IMG/VR virus record: IMGVR_UViG_3300020383_000001
Location: 1 to 64,000 of that record
DNA: 64,000 nt
Strand: one strand, 5' to 3'
Source: a virus
Both the position numbers and the translations under genes were made by a program. Shown piece after piece: positions 48,611 through 56,504 of the stretch; position 1 is the stretch's first letter; every line of letters starts with the position of its first letter. Below the pieces are notes generated by a model, which was given only the letters and a program-made list of their open reading frames with translations, had not been told where the DNA came from and searched no databases.

Positions 48611-49188
48611 AAAGTGAATCCTTTAAGTTTCTTACGCATTGCGAGTAGTTGTTGAAATTGCTCAGTCTTAACTCCAGCATAGATAGCAGCTAAAGCATCA
48701 GCAGGGTGTTCATTTTTATCTGTAAATGAAACAATTCCTTTGACTTTCTTAGTTAACCATCCGGCATCTGGATAAGCCTGAGTTGCCCATTCGATCATCT
48801 CTTTTTTACTGGCCGTCTTTTTATTTGTGGCAGCGACCTTAACTTCAGTTGGAGTGACCTGAATCATTGGTATTTGGATTGAAGCAAGTAACCCAATACA
48901 GACCCCATAAGAAGCCATAGCTCTAGCTGATTGGCTTCCTACAGGGATTTCTACAAAGACCATATCCGATTGCTTACAAATATTAGATAAGCCCTCAAAT
49001 TGGATTTGAGCTCGTTCTAGGTCTTTGGAGTTTTGTCTTACTTGTTTCTTGGCTTTAACAGGAGGGGACTCACGCAGTTCAACTTGTAGATTAGTTAAGA
49101 CCCCGGTTTCCATATTAAGGGTTCCGTGGGCATAACCAAAATTAGAGAAGGATGGGTCAATCCCTGTCACTCTAATTTCATCACTCAT
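48607..49188 (-). CDS. RuvC-like Holliday junction resolvase
   Basis: N-terminal VTGIDPSFSNFGYA resembles the RuvC GIDPG catalytic Asp motif; later acidic residues. Confidence 0.45.
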   Translation of the reverse strand: MSDEIRVTGIDPSFSNFGYAHGTLNMETGVLTNLQVELRESPPVKAKKQVRQNSKDLERAQIQFEGLSNICKQSDMVFVEIPVGSQSARAMASYGVCIGLLASIQIPMIQVTPTEVKVAATNKKTASKKEMIEWATQAYPDAGWLTKKVKGIVSFTDKNEHPADALAAIYAGVKTEQFQQLLAMRKKLKGFTL

Positions 49189-49349
49189 TGACTGGCTCCC
49201 GGTATAAGGCCAATGTAGTCTTCATAAGGGACTTCACGGTTGTTAGACAAGATTAGAACTTCGGGGTATTTTCCTGTTCTGTCAAAAGCACGTTTTGCCA
49301 ATTCACGAATTTCCCCTACTTCTAAAAATGTAAATACTTTTTTACCCAT
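49185..49349 (-). CDS. small protein (54 aa), not in the ORF track
   Basis: RBS AGGAGGA then ATG; MGKKVFTFLEVGEIRELAKRAFDRTGKYPEVLILSNNREVPYEDYIGLIPGASQ; TGA overlaps the ATG of the next gene. Confidence 0.3.
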   Translation of the reverse strand: MGKKVFTFLEVGEIRELAKRAFDRTGKYPEVLILSNNREVPYEDYIGLIPGASQ

Positions 49350-49357
49350 GAATCCTC

Positions 49358-49663
49358 CTAGAAGCTATTTGGTAATGCTACAGAACGTACAAGCCACATA
49401 ATGCCTGTTTTGAGTGAATCTTCTGCACGAGTGATACAACGTCCAGATTCCTCAATTTGTTCAAGTGTGAGTCCATCTACTTCTTTAGGCGGCCTAGTGG
49501 GATGTTTGAAGGCACTTAATTGTGAGGCTCGGGCAGAATGTAATTTAGCGATAAGCTCTTCTAAATCCTGACCACGTTCCTTGATTTGGTTCATTAAGTG
49601 TACTTCATACTCTTGTAGATCTCTGTAGCCTTTGATTTTCTTATGTTGGTTATCCATAAGCAT
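49358..49663 (-). CDS. hypothetical protein (101 aa)
   Basis: Listed ORF. Confidence 0.35.
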   Translation of the reverse strand: MLMDNQHKKIKGYRDLQEYEVHLMNQIKERGQDLEELIAKLHSARASQLSAFKHPTRPPKEVDGLTLEQIEESGRCITRAEDSLKTGIMWLVRSVALPNSF

Positions 49664-49694
49664 ACCCCGGTACTAGACCGGGGCCCTCAAATTA

Positions 49695-50489
49695 TTAAGA
49701 GAACAAGCTTCCGCCTTTAGGTGCAGGAGCCGCTGCTTTTTGTGCATTTGCTGGAGCACCAGATTTAGGAGCATTACCTGAGCTAGAAGCACCTTTAACT
49801 TTGTTACGTACAAAGTCACTTGGGTACTTTTCTTCCCATTTTGCGAAGAATACTGCTTCTTCGTCACCGGCTTTGATTTCAGGAACAGTCAATTTGTCTG
49901 CAGCACGGAAAAACTTATCGATAACTGTTTGCTCACGGGTTTCACCAGTTGGTTCATAACCGTTATCAGTTTTAGCTGTTTTATCCACTGTTTCTTTGAT
50001 AAGGCCGGCGTAAACTTCTTGGCCAATGATGTCAACAAGAGCTTGTACTTTGGTAGGCACTTCTTGTTTGGCTTCTGGATCGTAGACTTTGGCAATTTTC
50101 TCTTCAATTGTAGTTTCAGAAATTGATTTGCCAGTTGTCAGACGAGATAAGGCATCTGCAGCAATGAAACCTGGCAAATAGTTTTTGGTACCATCTGAAG
50201 TTTCATAATAGTTTTTGTTGCCTTTAGCGTTGCCTGAAGCAGCCCACAAGGTCTCACGGTGGCTTTGACCACTTGGGTTAGATAAGTGAAGTACGATACC
50301 AGTAGCTCCACCTTCTGACTTCATTACATAAGCCAAGTCTACTTTGAAAGGGTAGATACCCGTATTAAGGGGACCACCGCCACCTAAAGTATCTTTTTCG
50401 CCTTGGATGTCATTGTGTTCTTTTAAGTTGTCTAACATGATTTTCTCCGGATTACTCATCATCGTTGTAGTATTCATGTAAACGATCAA
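49695..50489 (-). CDS. putative single-stranded DNA-binding protein (N4 gp45-like size and position)
   Basis: 264 aa, Gly-rich, downstream of primase and ATPase genes as in the N4 replication module; positional call only. Confidence 0.4.
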   Translation of the reverse strand: MIVYMNTTTMMSNPEKIMLDNLKEHNDIQGEKDTLGGGGPLNTGIYPFKVDLAYVMKSEGGATGIVLHLSNPSGQSHRETLWAASGNAKGNKNYYETSDGTKNYLPGFIAADALSRLTTGKSISETTIEEKIAKVYDPEAKQEVPTKVQALVDIIGQEVYAGLIKETVDKTAKTDNGYEPTGETREQTVIDKFFRAADKLTVPEIKAGDEEAVFFAKWEEKYPSDFVRNKVKGASSSGNAPKSGAPANAQKAAAPAPKGGSLFS

Positions 50490-51192
50490 GTACTAACTGC
50501 ATGTCGTTATCAATGAATGTTTCGTTATTGTCCCACATGCCAAAAGAGCTACGCATACGCTCATTAACAGTTTCTTTGTTAATTTTGGTTTGGAACACGT
50601 ATTTAAAACCAAGTGCTTGTTCTTCATCGGTGATGTTTAGAAGCTTACTGTCTTGGCCTTCTAACTTCTTGATAGGCACTTTCTTAGAAGAAATTACCGT
50701 GGAGAAGAATGACTCAATACCCTGGTTCATGAGTGAACCTTTGACTTTAACAAGGGTATCCATAGTCATTTCAGTTTCATTCATTACGTCAGACGTGTGT
50801 GCTGTCATAATGACGTTTTTAGTTGAAATGGCTACGTACTGTTGCATCAAGTTTTTGAAGTATTGTGCGTAGTCGCCCCATGCCTTCATCGTATTTGATG
50901 AGTTCAATACGTAAACTGATTCAAACATTTCCATAAGGAATGTCATAGAATCAATTACGATGGTATGCACTTCTGGGTGGTTTTCAGCTTCAGTAAAGAG
51001 CTCGAAGATTTGGTATGGGTCAGTGATTACAAACTGACGGAACTTTGAGCGAAATGGTAATTTCTTACCTGATTCACAGTTCGCATACCAAACACCTTCG
51101 GGATTCATCAAGTTACGTAAACTTAAAGATTTACCTGTAGCTGATTTACCACATAACAATACCAGATTGTCATTTGCTACTTGTTCAGACAT
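50452..51192 (-). CDS. P-loop ATPase (N4 gp44-like position)
   Basis: Walker A LLCGKSATGKS and Walker B-like IVIDSM. Confidence 0.5.
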   Translation of the reverse strand: MSEQVANDNLVLLCGKSATGKSLSLRNLMNPEGVWYANCESGKKLPFRSKFRQFVITDPYQIFELFTEAENHPEVHTIVIDSMTFLMEMFESVYVLNSSNTMKAWGDYAQYFKNLMQQYVAISTKNVIMTAHTSDVMNETEMTMDTLVKVKGSLMNQGIESFFSTVISSKKVPIKKLEGQDSKLLNITDEEQALGFKYVFQTKINKETVNERMRSSFGMWDNNETFIDNDMQLVLDRLHEYYNDDE

Positions 51193-51216
51193 ATTTACCT
51201 CTTGGGTTAATGGCTA

Positions 51217-53379
51217 CTATTCGTAGCCATCTTGCTTCTTACGGTGAGCTTTTGCGGCTGTAACCATAATGGTTGAAATGATCTCAGCTTCATCAAGTTT
51301 TTCTGGTAGTTTGGTGTTTAAGGCCATGACATTATTCTTAACAGAATTGATATCCATACCTGAATCAACAAGTAACAGAGCATACTTGATTAGCTGATTA
51401 CTGCGATTACCTGAACCGGTATTATTCACAAACCAGCGCTCTAGATTAGACAAGGATTGCATATCTAGGTATTTGCGCTTACGTTCTTCGTTTTTAGAAG
51501 TACGTGGAATGAACTGAAGAGCATCTACAAATTCACCATCGTTGTCAAAATATTGACCATCGTAGGTGAGCCATTTACGTGCTCGTTGTCCAGTTTGTGA
51601 ATCTACTTCGAAAGGTAACCATTCATAGATGTTTTGCATGAATTCTTTGTATTCAGCAGCATCCATCTTCAACACATGGGATAACGGCATAACGATTCTA
51701 AAACGATTGTGTTCTTCCGTATGCCGCTTAGTGGTATAGATGTGGTATTTAAAGTCTTTAAGCAATTCTCGTGCTGTTGAGAGCTTAATACCACCATCTA
51801 CATCGAGAACCAATAAGTTAAATCCGGGAATGCAGTGATCTTCACTACGATAACCCTCAGCTAACTTATGATTTACCCAGTGCATATTAGGTTGTTGTGT
51901 GAGTACAGAAAGCTTATCAAATGGTACTTCTTCAGCAGCAAAATCAGACGTGATGTTGTTACTGTAAGAGACAATGACTTTATTTAAGTCGGTTTGATCA
52001 AGTGTTTCACCGCTAATAAACTCAATACCGTCTTGGTATGACTTACGAATGATGATGTTATTTTTGTAGCCATAAGCTATAGCTAATTGCATCATCTCAG
52101 ACTTTTGAGCTACTGTGCCTCGATAGAACGGTAATTGCTCTACAAGGTCCGGCTGGGTAACATCATGCTTAATATGGGCAATATATTTAGCCAATTTAGC
52201 ATAGTTACTTTCACGGTTAAGTAGGTTTTGAAAAGCCTGGCCAGATTCTTCAGACAGTTTAATAGCAGAATACAAATGATCTTCTGTAAGTTCATCTGAG
52301 TTATCTACAAAAGCATAAGCACCTGCAAGTTTCAGCGCTTTGAAATACCGATGGCTTAGTTCAGCTTTACGGATTTCATCGTGCTCACCTAGTTCTTCTG
52401 CTCGTTTCTCACAATCTAGCTTATAAGCCAAGTACGCAATGGTTGTGTCCTTGGAGATTTTAAGCTTTTTGTTGAAGTTAAGAGGGTCTGCTAAGTCTTC
52501 AAATAGATCAGACAGGTCTTCAATAACCTGGTCCGAATTCGTATTTGTAAGCTCGTTATACATTTCCTCAGCAGTTTTTTCCAAGTGGTTTAACTGTCTG
52601 CGACCATAACCGAACAAACACCTTCTGGCATACCCAATCTCAAGCATGGAGTAAAATTCTTCCTCAATTTTTCCTCCGTTAAGGAGCTTGGCGGGGGTAC
52701 CAAATAAAAGTAAATTGGTAGGGGTACGCCCGTGAATCTCCTCATTTCGGACATTTTCAGCAGTATTTTTTGTGAGTTTTTGCTTGATCTTACCAACATC
52801 AAATAACTCCAGATACGTATTAAGGACCTCAATATTGCTGACCAAGTTTGAGCCAATTTCATCTATTTCTAGATTCATTGAGCCAGCACCTGACATCAAT
52901 AGCTTATGACGCATCTGTTTAACTGCAGCAGTAGTACCAGAATCAAATGAAAAAGGTAATGCACCTAATGCTTCGAACTCTTTTTCCACACGCTGTATTT
53001 CATCGTCTGGATCGGTATTCTTACTGGCTGCCCGGCGAGTAGCTATTTTAGCTATTTCTCGTTCAGCAATTTGAGAGAAAGTTTCTTCAAGGAATCGCTC
53101 ACGAAACTTATCAATTACCTTGTCTTCAATGATATTCATTGAGTAGCCCTTACCTGAACCAGAGGTAGCTAGGTTAATGGCATACAAGTTAACTGGGAGT
53201 ATTCCACGGTCATGAGTGTTAATAGAACAACGCATCATAGATGCAACTTTCGAGAAGTAATATGCAACCATGACTCTAAAAAACCCTTTACTGTCATTTT
53301 GGGTTTTTTGGCATAGCACCTCGACTAGCGCTTCAGACAGCTTGTGATGAGGTACTGTGTCGAGATCTTTAAGAACCAT
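51217..53379 (-). CDS. putative primase/replication protein (N4 gp43-like position, 720 aa)
   Basis: Size and position only; no motif confirmed. Confidence 0.35.
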   Translation of the reverse strand: MVLKDLDTVPHHKLSEALVEVLCQKTQNDSKGFFRVMVAYYFSKVASMMRCSINTHDRGILPVNLYAINLATSGSGKGYSMNIIEDKVIDKFRERFLEETFSQIAEREIAKIATRRAASKNTDPDDEIQRVEKEFEALGALPFSFDSGTTAAVKQMRHKLLMSGAGSMNLEIDEIGSNLVSNIEVLNTYLELFDVGKIKQKLTKNTAENVRNEEIHGRTPTNLLLFGTPAKLLNGGKIEEEFYSMLEIGYARRCLFGYGRRQLNHLEKTAEEMYNELTNTNSDQVIEDLSDLFEDLADPLNFNKKLKISKDTTIAYLAYKLDCEKRAEELGEHDEIRKAELSHRYFKALKLAGAYAFVDNSDELTEDHLYSAIKLSEESGQAFQNLLNRESNYAKLAKYIAHIKHDVTQPDLVEQLPFYRGTVAQKSEMMQLAIAYGYKNNIIIRKSYQDGIEFISGETLDQTDLNKVIVSYSNNITSDFAAEEVPFDKLSVLTQQPNMHWVNHKLAEGYRSEDHCIPGFNLLVLDVDGGIKLSTARELLKDFKYHIYTTKRHTEEHNRFRIVMPLSHVLKMDAAEYKEFMQNIYEWLPFEVDSQTGQRARKWLTYDGQYFDNDGEFVDALQFIPRTSKNEERKRKYLDMQSLSNLERWFVNNTGSGNRSNQLIKYALLLVDSGMDINSVKNNVMALNTKLPEKLDEAEIISTIMVTAAKAHRKKQDGYE

Positions 53380-53380
53380 A

Positions 53381-53731
53381 TTATTGTCCTTGCTTAGGTT
53401 GGAATGGGTCTATACCGAGAGTCTTCAATGTTCTCATTTCTTTGTACAAAGAAGAATAAAATTGACGAGACTTGTTCAGACTTAGAGATTTGTTAAGCAA
53501 GTCTGTAACTGTTTCCATAGTAATGTATTTGTCGGAAGTTCTAGATAAACCCATATTACAACGTTCACGGTCTGACATAACCCGATAAACATACTCTTTC
53601 TCAGCAGGAGAAAGCTTAGTAGTATCTCGATCTACTTTGGGTTTCTTAGGTGGTGTTGGTGGTTCATCTTCAAATCCGAAAGCACTGAGTATAGCGTCAC
53701 AGATTTGCCTGACCCCGCTTATAAATGACAT
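53381..53731 (-). CDS. hypothetical protein (116 aa)
   Basis: Listed ORF. Confidence 0.3.
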   Translation of the reverse strand: MSFISGVRQICDAILSAFGFEDEPPTPPKKPKVDRDTTKLSPAEKEYVYRVMSDRERCNMGLSRTSDKYITMETVTDLLNKSLSLNKSRQFYSSLYKEMRTLKTLGIDPFQPKQGQ

Positions 53732-53740
53732 AAATTTCTC

Positions 53741-54727
53741 CTAAAGTTCGAGACGACCATTATGAATGTATTCGTCTTTTTGTTGGCAAACAGGAAAAGC
53801 AGAGCAGTATTTACACGCCTTTACTTTACCTTTGACTTCTTCAACAACTCCTACAAAGTTGTCATCAGCTAGACGCTTCTGAGCTTCTGCAAGAGTATCA
53901 AAGTTTTTAGTTGCCCGAGCTTTTTTAGCAGGATTTTTGTAGTACTTATATACTGGATCATCTACCCAGAGATCTGCATCAGTACACTTAGGCAATTGTT
54001 CTTCTGGAGCATTAAATAGTGACTCAATCTGAGCCAATTTACGCTCAACAAAAGCTTGAACAGTGGTAACAGGTTCCAATGTAATGCGTTGAGATACGAT
54101 TTGATTAGAGGGATAGCCTGGAGTTCTTTTAGCCACACCCATGCTGAAGTCAGTGAAGATGAAATTAATGTGCATATAATCTGCAGTAATTACATCAGGA
54201 TTAAGCCAACGGTATAGGCTACCTTGTCTCTTGTAGTCATCTACTTTGTTGCCAGAGGTATAGGTAAATGTACTAGTGGACTTGAAATCTTCTACTACAC
54301 CTTCAACGATGAAGTCATACTTACCACTTACTGTCCATTTGCCCACTTTCTTTTTAACACGATTTTCTAAGTAAACTGGGACACAATCTGGAGTAAGTTC
54401 TTCTGGTTTAGGGTTAACTACAACTCGTTTAATTGCGCGAGATTTGTAACCTAATGCTTTTAAAGCAGTAACTAACTTATCTCGGGTTACCCATACCTTT
54501 TCAATGCTGTCATGGATTGCAGTACCGATACGTGATTTAACCAGTGAGCTAATATCTACTGGCTTATCTTCTTCGGGTACTCTGGCAGATAAGATAATTT
54601 GTTTGAGTGGTTTTAATAAGGTAGTTGCACTGATTGTATATGGGTCATCGTCATGATCGTAATCATCATGAGCCAACCATACGGCAACTGCGATAGGTAA
54701 GTTCTCGTTATTAGTGAACTTGGGCAT
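53741..54727 (-). CDS. Cas4/RecB-like PD-(D/E)XK nuclease with Fe-S cysteine cluster
   Basis: Candidate motifs D..(E)DFK and QGSLY (QxxxY), and four Cys (TPDC...CKYCSAFPVC) arranged as in Cas4-like nucleases. Confidence 0.45.
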   Translation of the reverse strand: MPKFTNNENLPIAVAVWLAHDDYDHDDDPYTISATTLLKPLKQIILSARVPEEDKPVDISSLVKSRIGTAIHDSIEKVWVTRDKLVTALKALGYKSRAIKRVVVNPKPEELTPDCVPVYLENRVKKKVGKWTVSGKYDFIVEGVVEDFKSTSTFTYTSGNKVDDYKRQGSLYRWLNPDVITADYMHINFIFTDFSMGVAKRTPGYPSNQIVSQRITLEPVTTVQAFVERKLAQIESLFNAPEEQLPKCTDADLWVDDPVYKYYKNPAKKARATKNFDTLAEAQKRLADDNFVGVVEEVKGKVKACKYCSAFPVCQQKDEYIHNGRLEL

Positions 54728-54817
54728 AAAGTACCTTTCTTTGTGAACCGCAATACCCGCCGGATGGCGGGCTCAAAGTGGATTGAATAGCTTACAGAGT
54801 TGTAAGCACTAGATCAA

Positions 54818-55474
54818 TTATTTGATGCCTAAGCGCTCACTTAAACGATCAACTGTACGTACAGGTACTGTAATTGCAACATTAGGGTCAGCAATATGAG
54901 GAGGGAAGTACGGTACAATTTCAGGCCAGCTTTCACGAATTTGGTTTGTAGTATTGAACTGTGAAAGAGCATCAAATGTTTCTTCTCGCATTTGTGCCAC
55001 TTCTTTCTTGTACTTAGATACTGCTTGTTTGGCTTCAGATAGAGCTGTTAATTCTGGTGAATCTTCTGGGATATCAACAACAGGTGTATTTTTTGAGTAA
55101 AGTAAACAATCATTATCGCTGTCCACTTTAAGAGAATAGTCTGAAATACCAGGAAAATTATCTTCATTAAGACGTTTTCTACTTGAATAAACAGGGTTAC
55201 TTTTTGAATCTACATGGCGTACTAAAACATCATAATATTTGTGCATGTGATCAAATAAGGCGGGCATTTCAGCATTCACCTTAATGGTACGTGCAAATGC
55301 AGGTGTTTTTTGTAGTTTTGTAAGGAATAAAGTGCTATAAGCTTTTAAAGCTGCTTCCATATCAACTTCACACGGGTTTTGTTTTACATACTCTTCCATA
55401 ATAGAGTCTGTAATATCACGGCGATGTGCTTGATTTAAACGGACTGAACGAGGTGCTGGGGTTGTATTTGACAT
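54818..55474 (-). CDS. hypothetical protein (218 aa)
   Basis: Listed ORF. Confidence 0.35.
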   Translation of the reverse strand: MSNTTPAPRSVRLNQAHRRDITDSIMEEYVKQNPCEVDMEAALKAYSTLFLTKLQKTPAFARTIKVNAEMPALFDHMHKYYDVLVRHVDSKSNPVYSSRKRLNEDNFPGISDYSLKVDSDNDCLLYSKNTPVVDIPEDSPELTALSEAKQAVSKYKKEVAQMREETFDALSQFNTTNQIRESWPEIVPYFPPHIADPNVAITVPVRTVDRLSERLGIK

Positions 55475-55485
55475 GGTTTATCTCC

Positions 55486-55521
55486 AAAAATAAAAAAAAA
55501 AAAAAGCCCCTATAAAGGGGC
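55486..55521 (-). terminator. rho-independent terminator
   Basis: On the - strand, GCCCC-TTTATA-GGGGC followed by a 14+ T-run (seen as poly-A on the + strand). Confidence 0.55.
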
Positions 55522-55544
55522 ATGTAGTTAGTTAAAAATAGTAA

Positions 55545-56504
55545 TTAAAATAGTGCTTTATCATGGTTTGGAATCAAATGTCGATTTTGAATCCAACCAA
55601 CAAAGTTACCGGAACAAGGTATACCTCTACGATTGATATGGCTTACACCATCTGGCCAATCAAATTCTCCGTATTTCTCATCCCATTGTTGCATCACCAT
55701 TTTAAAGTAAGGCATATCAACAGGAGTGGCTTGGTGTTCTGAGGGACTGGCATGAATCTTCTGGCCACCAAACAGCTTAGACTGCATATCTTCAGCTTTT
55801 TCTTTGGATTCATCTAATCTGCGATAGCTAGTTTGAGCTGCACAAGACATACTGATATTTCTGGCTTCAATAGCAGAAATTACTTCATTAGTGTCCATTG
55901 TGGTGTAGTGCAATTCACCCATAGAGTCACGGTAACGATCCACAAAAGGTACGTGCCATTCACCTGGGTTAAGTTTCATGTACTCACCTTCATCACGGGC
56001 TTCTTTCATCATATTAGCGAGCTTAGTGATTTCAGGCTGAGCATCTGCATCTACACGTAACCAATCCCAATTTTCCCATTCAGTACTGGTAAGACAGATA
56101 CGGATATTTTGGTAAGGTTCAATTAGCCGGGCAGCATGTTGCTTATGGACATTTAAACCACCATCTTCTTTTTTAGTGCCCAATGCTAAGGCACAACCTA
56201 AAGCTACTGCTTTGGCTTGAGAATAAACACTTTCAATATGGTTTAAAGTGGCTGGATCATCAATTGGTGTTCCTTGCATACCTGGCTTATTTTCAGTCCA
56301 TAGGTATTCGGCAGGATTTTCTCTCACCTGTTGAACAGCTCTTTTAATTGGAACTGCTCTAGAGCTTGATGAGTTTTTTGCAAAAACTCTGTGTGTGAGT
56401 AATTGGCTATGAATAATTCGAGGATATTCTAGCACTAGCGTACAGATACGCTTACCAGTCTGTGCACACTCAGAGCCCTGAATGAATTCAACTTTAATGG
56501 TCAT
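55545..56504 (-). CDS. ThyX-like (FAD-dependent thymidylate synthase-like) protein
   Basis: LTHRVFAKNSSSSRAV resembles the ThyX RHRxxSxNExSxRY substrate-binding motif; length and motif position are atypical, so tentative. Confidence 0.35.
   Translation of the reverse strand: MTIKVEFIQGSECAQTGKRICTLVLEYPRIIHSQLLTHRVFAKNSSSSRAVPIKRAVQQVRENPAEYLWTENKPGMQGTPIDDPATLNHIESVYSQAKAVALGCALALGTKKEDGGLNVHKQHAARLIEPYQNIRICLTSTEWENWDWLRVDADAQPEITKLANMMKEARDEGEYMKLNPGEWHVPFVDRYRDSMGELHYTTMDTNEVISAIEARNISMSCAAQTSYRRLDESKEKAEDMQSKLFGGQKIHASPSEHQATPVDMPYFKMVMQQWDEKYGEFDWPDGVSHINRRGIPCSGNFVGWIQNRHLIPNHDKALF

Noticed and set aside
48607-49188. Considered calling this gene an RNase H or generic nuclease instead of RuvC-like
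   Set aside because: The N-terminal GIDPS...G motif is most like the RuvC/YqgF fold. I kept it at moderate confidence rather than asserting a specific enzyme.
55486-55505. Poly-A run of about 18 nt considered as a slippery site or poly-A insertion
   Set aside because: It is intergenic and immediately adjacent to a GC hairpin. It is best explained as the T-run of a - strand intrinsic terminator.
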